A DNA stretch of 64,000 nucleotides, from NCBI RefSeq assembly GCF_009914755.1, contig NC_060934.1. One strand, given 5' to 3'. Source of the stretch: the human T2T-CHM13v2.0 reference genome, Homo sapiens. Below are positions 50,550 to 64,000 of this stretch, in pieces. Position 1 is the stretch's first letter. Each line of letters opens with the position of its first letter. A program made the translations under genes and the position numbers. The notes under the pieces are model-generated. The model searched no databases. It saw only the letters and a program-made list of their open reading frames with translations, and was not told the DNA's origin.

Positions 50550-51162
50550 GTAAAGAAACGCATTGCTTTAGTATACAACCCAGCTCTGCAATAAAATTCC
50601 ATCTCTGCCTCTACAACTAACCTAATCCTTATGTTTCAGTTTTCTCATCAGTAAACTAAGAATTAAGATAGTCTGTATCCCACAATATGATGACTAAATG
50701 AGACATTATATATAAAGTATTTAATATAGTAACTGCCACACAGTAAAACTTCAGTGTTAGTTATTCATAGTAAGAAGAGGTTTAGTTTGTGTCTAATTAT
50801 CCTTTGGAAATCATTTATCAGCTAGTTTTCTTCAAAGTATTCATTTAGGCATTTTCTCCTTCCTCCAGGATACTCAAGAAACTACTAGTTTCTGTCATCT
50901 AGTGCTTAATATATTACTTCTTAGACAACCACTACAATAATACCTTAGCAACATCATAGCTAACAGTTCTGCCCTCAAAAGGGTTTAATGCCCCTATCAA
51001 ACCAGGCACCAAAATCCACCAGTTTGTCTGCAATACAATTACTCTACTTAACAAAGTCACCAGCTCAAGAAAAAAAAGCCAATCAGAAAACTTCATAATC
51101 CTTCTCTGAAACCCCATTTTCGCATTTTGAAAGAAGAAATGTAAGATTTATATATATGAGGG

Positions 51163-51339
51163 TTTTTTTTGTTTTGTTTTTTTGGAGATGGGTTCTTGCT
51201 CTGTCACCCAGGTTAGAGTGCAGTGGTATGATCATAGCTCACCACAGCCTCAAAGTCTCAAACTCCTGAGCTCAAGTGACCCTCCCACCTTGTCCTTCCA
51301 AAGCACTGGGATTACAGGAGTGAGCCACCACACCCGGCC
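51163..51339 (-). mobile_element. Monomer-length old Alu (FRAM-like or internally deleted AluJ)
   Basis: right-arm end fused to left-arm start; TSD-like ta(t/g)a(t/c)atgagg. Confidence 0.8.
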
Positions 51340-51507
51340 TAGACATGAGGTCTTATGTGCATACTATTTGAACATTTTTGAGAATTCTGAATTCACAAAT
51401 TTTGGCTAAGTAATTTCATTGTAGCTATTCATCAAGCTATAGGTTAATTGCATGCTACTTGTTGTTTGGAACCCCTCTATGTCTAAGGCAAAAATATATC
51501 TTTTTAC

Positions 51508-51804
51508 TTTTTTTTTTTTTTTTTTGAGATGGAGTCTCTCTGTCACCAGGTTGGAGTAGAGCTGCGTGATTTCAGCTCACTGCAACCTCTGACTCCCTGG
51601 TTCAAGCGATTCTCCTGCCTCAGCCTCCCGAGTAACTGCGATTACAGGCACACACCACCACGCCCAGCTAAGCTTTGCATTTTTAGTAGAGACGGGGTTT
51701 CACCATGTTTGCCAGGATGGTCTCAATCTCCTGACCTCAGGTGATCTGCCCACCTCAGCCTCCCAAAGTGCTGGGATTACAGGCGTGAGCCACCGTGCCC
51801 AGCC
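51508..51804 (-). mobile_element. AluS
   Basis: full dimer; TSD aaaaatatatctttt. Confidence 0.95.
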
Positions 51805-52015
51805 AAAAATATATCTTTTATAACCCTACAGTAACAGAACCTACTATTATATTCAAATGTAAATAGGGTTTTTATATTGTCCAGTTTAGTGGCTATTTAA
51901 AGGTACAAAACAAGCAAGTTTAATGGCTTTGGATCATATGACTTAAATAACTGGTCCACATTTATCAGTTTAATCTACACATTTTAGCAAAGCAAAGTAT
52001 CCATACTTGCTTCTA

Positions 52016-52372
<357 letters not shown>

Positions 52373-54386
52373 TCATTAATTTGATGGCAAAAATTTAGAA
52401 AAATAAGAATTTATAGAAACTTTGCTCTCAGGAAAAAAAATGAGCATTTTTGAAAGCCTCCTTTCAAAAATGACAATTGATACTTAAATCAGAATGAAGT
52501 CACACATATAATGAAGTTTCCACATTTTGCATTCAAAGCAGTCTTTCACAACAAACAAGCACATTTATAGTATTTGATTTAATCCATTTTTTAAATTTTT
52601 TTCTAGGCCCCATGAGTTCATACTATATCTTCAAAAATAAACTATATGTTCATTTTAAAAAAGGGTTTTTAAAGAACAGGCAACAAACAGTGTTAGGTAA
52701 GGATCCTATTATTAAGACTTAATTGTAAAAATGAGCTTAGAGATTAGGTAACACTGGTTCGTAACGAGCAATGAATATAACAGTCACCAGGCAGCTTTTC
52801 TACATGCACATGCCTGGGCCACACATCTAGAGCCAGTGGATCTGGGGTATTATGATGAAGCCAACCATGGTCCATCCTGGCATTTAGAGCAAGACAACTG
52901 TAGCTCAGAGAGGTGAGTTCTCTTGCCCAAAAACACCTATTAAATAAAACGGGAGACAGAATAAAGTAATTTTTTAAAAGGGGCCATATGCAAATAAATT
53001 ATTAACTCCAGTCCTAACTCTAGTCCATCATGTCATTTAAGATGAGATACTACAGTCCAGAGAACAAAATTAACTTGTCCAAAATCACATATGCCCAAAA
53101 TTACATAACCAGGAACAAAACCTGTATATACTGTCCCACAAACCAGTGCCTTCCATAAACTCTGCCAATCCTGAAAGGTAGCCAGTATCCTCACTCTGGA
53201 TGTGCTATGACAACAGGAATACTTGTTAATAACAAGAAAAAATAGAGAGTATATCCTTAGACACTAGAAGATTCAGAGCAGCTAGCAGGCTCCAAATGTA
53301 CTTTTTCTCTACTTATTCCAAAGAAAGAAATTCAAAAATGAAAATAGAATTCACACAACATTACGGACTAGTGAACTCTAGGAATGTGCCGCAGAGTAAA
53401 AATGATGTGAGAATACCCATGTTATCATTTTTTAAAAAGTGTTTTTAAAGTGTATTGCTGTGTATTCTTCAGATGAATAACAGGAGAGAAGTTACATACC
53501 CAAATTTATATTCTTAGTTAGGTCCTGATTAAATATCTTATGAATTCTAATGTAGTGTTGTTATGCAAACAATTAAGCAAATACCTCTAGGAAGCACACT
53601 GTTAATGCATACAAATTACATTTATTTATGTATTTATTGAGAGTAGGATTTCAGTCACATCCAAAGAAATTTTCGGAGGTGGGTGATGGAGGGGAGGGAA
53701 AAGAAACACAACCAGTATTACTAATGAAATTTGGTTGAAAATTGCTGTAATCCACTTTCTGATGAAGTGGTTCAGATGCATTTTACCCAACCCAAAATAC
53801 ATAAGACAGAGATAAAAAAAACATTCTTTAATAATAATGTACTTCTGATGAGATAGAATGTAGAAAATTACACACTTGGTAAATTCATCAGCAAGAGGCA
53901 ATCAGTGGAACACTGGAGGTCACCTTCAGCATGCCCTCGCTTTGCTTTCATAAATAATCACCTGAAATGCACGGCTTCAGGGTGACTTTTTCATCTGATT
54001 CAAATATGAGACATTCACTGCTCTTTTATGTCACACCAGGTTAGTTTTAAACTTGGTTAGCATTTTAACCAAATGCATGGACATTTGCAAAGTCCCCTTT
54101 AACACTACTCTGGGACCATTTTTTCCACATTTTCACAGGCAAAAAGCACAAATGCTGAAATACTCACATACAAATGCTCCTTTTACAATTTGGAATAACC
54201 TTTGCATTAAGGTGAATATTTACATAATCATATTCCAGGATTCTGAGGCCTTTTAACATTTCCCTCATCATCAGAGTAGATAATCGATTAGAGAAGTAGA
54301 AAAGCAAAACCAGATAGAAGCCACTGCTTAGAAAAGCAAGTTGAAATTTAAAAGCTCAGGTAAAATTCCTTCATTTGAAGTCTCAC

Positions 54387-54481
54387 CTTTGTTGCCAAAG
54401 CTTCAGCACTTTCTCGACAAGTCTTCTCTATTTCAAGATGGTTCTGCATGAAATTAACTTCCTCTATGACCATGTGAGAAA
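54387..54481 (-). CDS. SHTN1: Shootin-1 coding exon 4 (95 nt; (I)SHMVIEEVNFMQNHLEIEKTCRESAEALATK)
   Basis: tcctag acceptor, gtgaga donor, phase 1-0. Confidence 0.96.
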
Positions 54482-55669
54482 CTAGGAATGAGGGGGAAAA
54501 AAAATCTCAGCATTCAAAGATTAGTCAGCTATTCCAGGAGCCCACGCATCGTCCCATGATTAAGAATACTTCAATTCTTTGGCTAGCCAGACCTTTAGCT
54601 ATCACTGAAAAAAGGTTTTTGAGAAGCTGCCCTGATTAAATCTGAGCTAATATTTGAATGTAGAAAGAAACAAGAACACAACAAAATACATTCATTTCAC
54701 ATACATACATTTTATTATGTACATTTTAAGAGCGCTATTTAGATTTTTTTACAAGTCTATTTTCTATGCAACTATATATGTATCCATAGACATATGTGCT
54801 AGTTTAAACAAAAGAATATTTCATAAATAAAGAGGAGTGACAGCATGACTTCTTTTTCTCAGCAGTGTATAACACATGGCTCTAATAAGAAAAATTAACA
54901 AAAAATAAAAGAAAAATAAATCTTAAATTGATCTTATGACTGGAGTAGTGATGTGGCGACTTGGCTAAGTACTGCAACATTTGTCTCTATTAGCTACAAA
55001 GTAGTTACTGCTATTTCATAAGTAACTCTCAGGCAGAAAAGTATAGCAGTAAGATTTATGTACTATATGGTTATAAAGCAGATGCTAATAAATTACTTCC
55101 TGAATCATAGGCTATCAGAAGCATTAGAAGAAAAATAAAATTTTACTTGATATGTCACCAATGCTCGAAAAATTGTATTTTTTAGATTTTTTGACAGCTG
55201 GTGCATGTAAATTGAGATTTACAGGTATAAAGTGATTTAGAACTTGAGTTATATTTTGAAGATCAAGAAAGAAAAATGCCAATTCCTTCCACCCATATTT
55301 CTAGTTAAATGAAAACTCTCAGAATCTCAACCCTAAATGTAGACATTACTTATTGCTATTTGTTTGGCTTAAAAAAAAAAAAATTAAAGGACACCCAAAT
55401 GTGAAACCCAACAAAGTTAGGCAAAAAGCACTGGGCTCACATAACACAAAGAGAGATTACTTTTGCTTCATTTAAGCTTAATTAACCTGCAATTATGATT
55501 AAACTCAGGGGAAAAAATTTCTCTCCAAATTAAATACAAAAATGTATTACTTCCTAAGTCTGTCCAAAGTTCTTATTATGTTAATATTCAAATTCATAAA
55601 GCAGCACTAAATGGCCAGAAACATCTCTAACCTTGACATTTTTTCAGGGGTAATAATAATCTGCAGCAA

Positions 55670-56300
55670 ATGCAGGCCAACCAAAAACCACTTAACTAAT
55701 TAGTAGTTGCAGTCACCGAGAAAAACATGAATCAACACTGTTATTACAAGTGGCACATTTGAGTGGCATCTAATTATGACTTGATGAGCACGATACTTGC
55801 ATTATCAACATTACTACTGCATCCCATCAGGGCCTAAAAGCTGCTGATGGCATTGACTTCGAGAAACTCCCACTCAATGGTACAGCAGCACCCAACAATC
55901 GGCTTGGCAGGGGCCCCCCTCACTAAATGACACGTTAAGCGTAATTACTGGTAGACATTGTAAATAAACAGGATTGGAAGTGAAAATTGTACCAAGTGCA
56001 TAAGACACAATCTGACACATTGGAAGTGGCAGCCTTAATTGAGAGTTTCTTTGACTGCTCAAGATCATTTCAACTGCATTTCTCAGAGGACAGTGATTAT
56101 AACTGTGGAGACAGACGGCATAATGGTATCAGCACTGCTGACAGAGCAGTGAATTAAATTGTATCTGCTGTTGTGTGAAAGCCTTGATGAGAGGTACAGA
56201 TGCCTTAGTGGTCTTATCATTATAACACAATGGTCATGTTGTCATCAACCTTTCTGGCTCCAATTGAAAAGAAATGATTGTGTGTTGAAGCTCCCCCCCC
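55670..56300. promoter_or_regulatory. Putative developmental enhancer (motif cluster)
   Basis: no recognisable repeat; dense NKX, TAATTA, SOX and FOX motifs. Confidence 0.4.
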
Positions 56301-57257
56301 CTTCCACATCACCCCCCTTCTTCTCTTCTATCTCTTGTTCTGAATAGAACCAATTTTCAGAGAGCTATGAAATCACGCAATAGGTCCTAAAATGCAGCTG
56401 CTTGGCATACAAACGGGTCCCCATTAAACTGGAATCACACACAATATGTGTTTATGCCAGAAGAACAAATAGAAGCTGAACACAGGCCAAGTTTATTCAC
56501 ACACACAAAGCCCATGTAGCTCTTCATCAATATAATTGCCTTTTATATTGTAGTTTAAATAATAGGCTCTATTATTTCCTTAAAATCCTAATATTCCTGG
56601 CATTTTATCACTATGTTTACAAGGTAGGTTCTTCAAAAATGTGAAGGAAAGAGAAAAGAAACCTATACAATTTTTACAACATCAAATATTACTTTGAATT
56701 TTTAGCCTTAACTACTTGACATCTTCTGCCACAATCTGGTATTTCCACTATCATAACAAAAACATAAACACTCTGCATTTTTCATAGGAATCTTACTTTT
56801 TATTCAATAACATTCTTGCTCTTGAAAGAGTAAGAAAATTCATTCCACAGTAGTGAGGTTTAGGCCTAGCAAATAGGAAACAAAACAAAACAAAAAAAAC
56901 ATTTATTTTCTGAACATTTTGTAAAAAGGTGCCCTGTGATTCAACTTGATAAACATAGCTGGGTAGTCCTTGCTCACATTTTCTCCAGTTCTGATTTGGT
57001 ACACTCCATCTGGTGGGGTTTTTATTTCTTCTCAAAGAGAGAACAGTAGACATTTTTTTAAATTGCGCATTAATTTTTAGTTTAAGAAATTATTCCAGTG
57101 CTAAACTGGTAGCATAACAACCTACTTACCAATGTTCTAGGTTCATATGGGAAGAGTATATTTCAAAGGGTGATTATATCTTTAAAAAGCATGACCCCAT
57201 TTCCAAAACCAAAAGTCAAGTCACATGACGCAAAACAGAAATACTTTTAATATGTAA

Positions 57258-57639
<382 letters not shown>

Positions 57640-58439
57640 TTAGCTATTCATGTAATAATTTGCCCTATGGTTCTGAATTGGGCTTGTCTCAGGATATCCA
57701 CAATCCATGGCCACTGTACTTGTCATATTTGCATATTTGGATGACATGAGGTTTAAAAAAGAAAAAAGATGAACTTTTAATAAAGTGTCCGTAATACTGC
57801 AGTTATGTTAAAAAGAAAAGACTACTAATCTTTTAGAAATATATACTGAAATATTTCCAGGCAGTAAACAGTAAAATGATATGATGACTGGAATTAGTTC
57901 CAAAGCAATCTGAGGTCAGTGACAGTGGGTGTATGGGTGTACAGTTGGAAGACTGGCTGTGAGTTGGCAACTGTTGCAGCCAGAAAACTGGAACATGGGG
58001 ATTCGTTAAATTATTTTCCCGCCTTTGCATCACTTTGAAATTTTTCATAATAAAAAAATTTTAATGACCCTGAGAACATAGAAGTATAACATAAAAGTAC
58101 ATCAAGTATTGTTTCTATTAGTCTACTTGAATTAGCGAAGTTTGTCTCTCTTCAACTATGACTTCAAAGCAGTCTTACATAAATGGCAGTGTAGTACACA
58201 TCACATTGTAGGGTAACTGTTTTTTTTTTTTTTTTACTTGTTTTTATCTTCTACTCACTATGAACATTAGAGCAGGGATTTTGTTTTACATGTCTGATTC
58301 TCTTGCACCTAGCACAATGCTACATGCAAAGCAGGTGCTCGTGTTAGTGTCTATTTGAAGGACTGAAGGCCTAAGCTCGCCTGTGAACAGCCTTTTATGA
58401 GAATGTTCTCTGTAGTATAGAATTGCTTAGGAAACAACT

Positions 58440-58625
58440 ACCATCGCCATTTGTTGAGCCTGACTATGTGTCCAGCCTTGTGCTAAACTCTTTACATGTG
58501 TTCCCTCCTTCACAAAGCCTCACAACAATCCTATAACGTAGGGATCATCACAGCAATTTTATATTTGAGAACACGGAGGCCCAGAGAAGTTAAATAACAT
58601 ATTCCAAATCACAGAGTTCTAACTG
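58440..58625 (-). mobile_element. MIR relic
   Basis: cctcacaacaatcctat...gaggcccagagaagttaaataa. Confidence 0.7.
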
Positions 58626-58901
58626 GTAAAACCCAGTTAAAACCATTTCTAGGTGACTCTACTTTTCTATAGTCCTTTCTAATTCATTATACAAGGTGTC
58701 ACCACCAATGATGTTGCTTCTAGAGCAAATCTCTCCCAACTCTAACTCCCAGCGATATTTAGATGTAGAATATCTCTAAAGCATATGTGGTGAACATATC
58801 ACAAATTCTTCTTCAACATCACACTACTTCAAAAGTTTTCCATGTGGTAAGGAAAGAGCCATGAAAGTTGGCATATATGTAGGAAAATCGGTGTGTCCTT
58901 A

Positions 58902-59236
<335 letters not shown>

Positions 59237-59481
59237 AAAAGATATGAAAGGTCTTTAGTTACCTTTCACAGGAATCCGGTCTAGGGAATGCAGCTTTGCT
59301 ATGTAGTGGTGTTCTTTGTGTGTAGGAGGAAGGCTCAGAGAGAGCTGGCGAGGATCAAAAATGACATGGACATATGGATAAAAACATTTATCCTGGGAAA
59401 AGTATGCTAAGCTAGGGAGAGTAGAGCCCTATGGCCAAACAAAGCTTTTCCTAACCCTTAGTCAGCTGTTCCGTAGGCCTA

Positions 59482-59770
59482 GGCCGGGTGTGGTGGCTCA
59501 CGCCTGTAATCGCAGCACTTTGAGAGGCTGAGGCAAGAGGATCACTTGAGGTCAAGAGTTCAAGACCAATCTGGCCAACATGGTGAAACCCCATCTCTAC
59601 TAAAAATACAAAAAATAGCCAGGCATGAGGGCACACACCTGTAATCCAAGCTACTTGGGAGAGTGAGGCACAAGAATTGCTTGAATCCAGGAGGCGGAGG
59701 TCGCAGCGAGCAGAGATCACGCCACTGCACTGCAGTCTGGGCAACAGAATGAGACTCCGTCTCAAAAAAA
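59482..59770 (+). mobile_element. AluS
   Basis: dimer; TSD cgtaggccta. Confidence 0.94.
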
Positions 59771-60239
59771 GACGTAGGCCTAGTAGGTTAACGTTACAGG
59801 GATTTCAGATTTCAACTCAGCACCAAAAGAAACTTCCTCCATCACTATCCAAATGTGGAGTCTGGTGTCAAAGAACTAACTCCCTAAAGGTAAATGATAT
59901 GAACTCTTAATACTGAAGGGCAATCAGGCATTGGATATTTTAGTTGATGAGATGGTGGTAGTAGCAACTAATATTTATTGAGCACTTACTATATGCCAGG
60001 TACAGTGTTAAGCATTTTTTATACAGATTATCTTTTTTCACCCTCAAATGGTATATGAAGCAAGGTCATTTATACCAATTTTATTAACGCAGAAATGGAT
60101 TCACACAAACTAATGCTCTTCACTGGTGATAAAAATACTGCCTATTCCCTTCCAAATCTGAAATTCTACCCTCTGCTCAAAAGCCATGAATTATTTATCC
60201 CAGATACAGTTTTCTGACAAATATTTAAAGTTTTCTTAG

Positions 60240-60554
<315 letters not shown>

Positions 60555-61669
60555 AAGTCCTTGTTTTCTCTCCTTTTGAGACTGAGTAAAGAGTTGGCAC
60601 TCTGTTGTTCTGTGAGTTACCAAGAGAGTAAGAAAAAAAGAATTAGTACTCTGTTTTCCTAACATCCAAACCTTAAATTAATTAAAGACACTTAGTAAAG
60701 GTAAAAACTAAATGCATACAACCATACAGATTGTTGTACTAATCTTCCAATCAATCCTCTCAGGCTTTGAGTTGCTCATAAGGAAAAATGTAAATTTTTA
60801 AAACTATCAAAGTTATTCAGAGGAAGAGACAAAGAAAGGGAAAAGAGAAATGGCAGATGAAAGCAGAATTTAAATGTTACTTCGAAGGTTGATTTTGGGG
60901 GAATGTTGCTTCTGGTTTTGCATAATGCAGGAGGCAAAGTCCCTACTGCCTACCTAGACCAAAATATTTTATAAACCCTAGACCAAATATTTTATAAGCC
61001 CAACCATAAGGAACTTGAACTATTCCCACTGCACACCAATCCATTATCAATAATTCAAGCATATTAACCGGTAACAATGCCAATGGTATAACTCTAAGAA
61101 TAAGTACATTCCATAAGTAAAAAAGTACCATATAATTGGAATTCATACATTTGCAAATAAGAGGTATTTCTAGCATAGCACATTGGCCTCCAAAGACAGG
61201 TAATATCAATAAGATTCCCCTTGGATGTTCTCTGTTACAACCAGACACTGAAGTAAACTTGCTGTTGAAATTTAACCATAATGCTGCATTTGTATGGCTG
61301 TTTTAACTAGAATAAAATGTTCTGTTGTGTAGTTACCAAATCAACTCTTTATAAATAATCAAATACCCTGACTGACAGAACATCTGCAGAATGATGGAGA
61401 AAGGCCTTGTTTCCAAGGGAGGGGGTCACTTTCCCTGCTACGGTCTGACCCTTTGCCTATGACATATTTCCATCTGGTCCCTCTGGGTCTGATCAGCTAT
61501 GCTGTCTTAGGGGATAAATAACAGATTTACATTACATAAAAAAAATAGCAAAAATTTGGAAAGTACAGCTTTTGTGGGAATGTAACTTTCTTCAGTGAGA
61601 GGGCTATTTCAAACATTCACACTCTTAAAAATGTTTAAGTTCTATGAAGCTATCATTCCTTTTCTCTAT

Positions 61670-61955
61670 TTTTGAACCACTTTATTAAGGTATAAGTGAC
61701 ATGTAAAAAGCCATACATATTTCATGCATACAACATGATGAGTTTGGGGGATTATTATACACCTGTGAAACCATCACCACCATCAAGGCTGCAGACATAT
61801 CCATTGCCTCCCAAAGTTTCCTTCTGCCCTCTTTATTTACTTATTTTCTTTTGTAGTAACATCACGTAACGTAAGATCTACCCTCTTAGTAAATTTTAAG
61901 TATACAACACAGTATTATTAGCTATAGGCACAATGCTCTATAGTGGATCTCCAGT
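61670..61955 (-). mobile_element. L1MA/MB 3' end
   Basis: tttattaaggtataa..tacaacatgatgagttt..agatctaccctcttagtaaattttaagtatacaa. Confidence 0.8.
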
Positions 61956-62110
61956 GTAATTCCTTTTATATGAATTAACCTCAGGAACTATTTAGATTAC
62001 TGTAAAGATGTAAGTGTCAGAATACCTGCCATCGCATTATTTATAATAGCTAAAAACCAGGAATAATCTGTCAATGAAAGAATAATTAAATACATTATGG
62101 TACTATCCTA

Positions 62111-62613
<503 letters not shown>

Positions 62614-62898
62614 TCAAGGAGCCAACAAGGCATTTTTGTTCTCCTTTAACTTTTCTGTATAGTTAAACTGTTTTATAACAAGTATAGGTTTTTCTAACAC
62701 CCTTGATGAAACAATGATGTTTATTCCAGTTCTTTAAAGCTTAAAGTGATGCCTGGGCATGTTTGGACAAATAGAAAGAAGTCTTGCTTTCTTGATTGTA
62801 TGACCAGGACATTAGCAACTCAATAGGGTATAAGTCTACTCACATAATCCCCAATAGGCTATATGTGTTATAATAATTCCACTGAAATGCTTACGTAC

Positions 62899-62959
62899 TT
62901 TTCTGAAATTCTTCCAGTTTTTTAACGGCTTCATCTCGTTCTTGCCTAATTTTGTCACA
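62899..62959 (-). CDS. SHTN1: Shootin-1 coding exon 3 (61 nt; CDKIRQERDEAVKKLEEFQK+1 nt)
   Basis: tttcag acceptor, gtacgt donor, phase 0-1, joins exon 4 in frame. Confidence 0.95.
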
Positions 62960-63391
62960 CTGAAATGAGAGAAGTAAACAAATGTTAAACTTCAATCATA
63001 AATTTTAAGTTTGAAAAGGCAAGCAAGAGCAAACTTATAAACAACAGCAATTTTCTGAAAACAAAACAAAATTTAAAACCTTTGAAAAGCATCAATGGTC
63101 ATATATGAACTTGCACTGCTCAGCCAGCATGGTGTTTGTGCCATTTGTATCTGGCCAATTTTCTCAGACCTTCTAAGATATAAGTCACCTTCCTGCTCAT
63201 TATCTCCTCAGTAATAGCCCGATTTAACATCCTTGAGTTAAAATATATTCATTCTTTAAGAGAATGTTTGTACCTATTTTTATGTTTGGCTAATGCTGTA
63301 CATAGTCACTCATGTACATGTCTGATTCCAAACAGCTTCAACTACCCAGAACATTGGTGCATACCTGGGAGGTAATGGAAAGACTACCGCA

Positions 63392-63738
<347 letters not shown>

Positions 63739-64000
63739 TCACCCAAGAAAAAGTGATCCATGTGTCCTCAGAATTCGGAATAGAGGAAGGTACCAAATTA
63801 AAAGAAGAGAAGATAAAATATTCCATACTAAGCACATATCATTTATATAAACCGATTTTTAATTTAAAAAGGTGGGAGAACTCACTGAAAAGACTTTGGG
63901 AGGCAAGACCATAAAAGGCAAAAATAACTATTAGAGCATAAGGACCTTTTAGGGTATCTGGTATAGAAACAAGTATCTCCTGTATTGATAGGCCCTGGAG

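Noticed and set aside
54260-54275. Box C-like TGATGA on the minus strand near exon 4 (possible intronic snoRNA)
   Set aside because: No box D at a suitable distance and no terminal stem

Overview
Primate (human-like) genomic DNA, AT-rich and almost entirely intronic. It is not prokaryotic, and I see no CRISPR array, rRNA or tRNA. The window holds the central part of SHTN1 (Shootin-1/KIAA1598) on the minus strand as 13 coding exons. I number them 3-15 from my recollection of the long Shootin-1b isoform. All have GT-AG junctions and matching phases, and they splice into 1369 nt of open frame running CDKIRQERDEAV...RRRKVTAEADSS (coiled coils, poly-Pro tract, start of the 1b-specific tail). The start and stop codons lie outside the window. 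The introns contain about 21 Alus, a full-length but inactivated sense-oriented L1PA (about 6.5 kb, with TSDs), truncated L1s, THE1 and MLT2 solo LTRs, a MER1B nested in a MER47, MER5A-type elements, MIR/L2 relics and simple repeats. Nearly all ORF-track entries are repeat-derived or chance ORFs. I found no convincing new multi-gene system. The best leads, all hypotheses needing RNA-seq or alignment, are: (1) a candidate plus-strand antisense terminal exon, possibly from convergent ENO4, ending at the SHTN1 exon 14 donor where the Shootin-1a/1b choice is made; (2) a sense THE1 LTR just after exon 11, where read-through gives an immediate stop codon; (3) an unusually perfect MER5A-derived palindrome split by an Alu; (4) a very young AluY with source-element features; (5) an NKX/homeobox/FOX/SOX motif cluster that looks like a developmental enhancer; (6) a diverged ~110-bp direct repeat bracketing exon 9.
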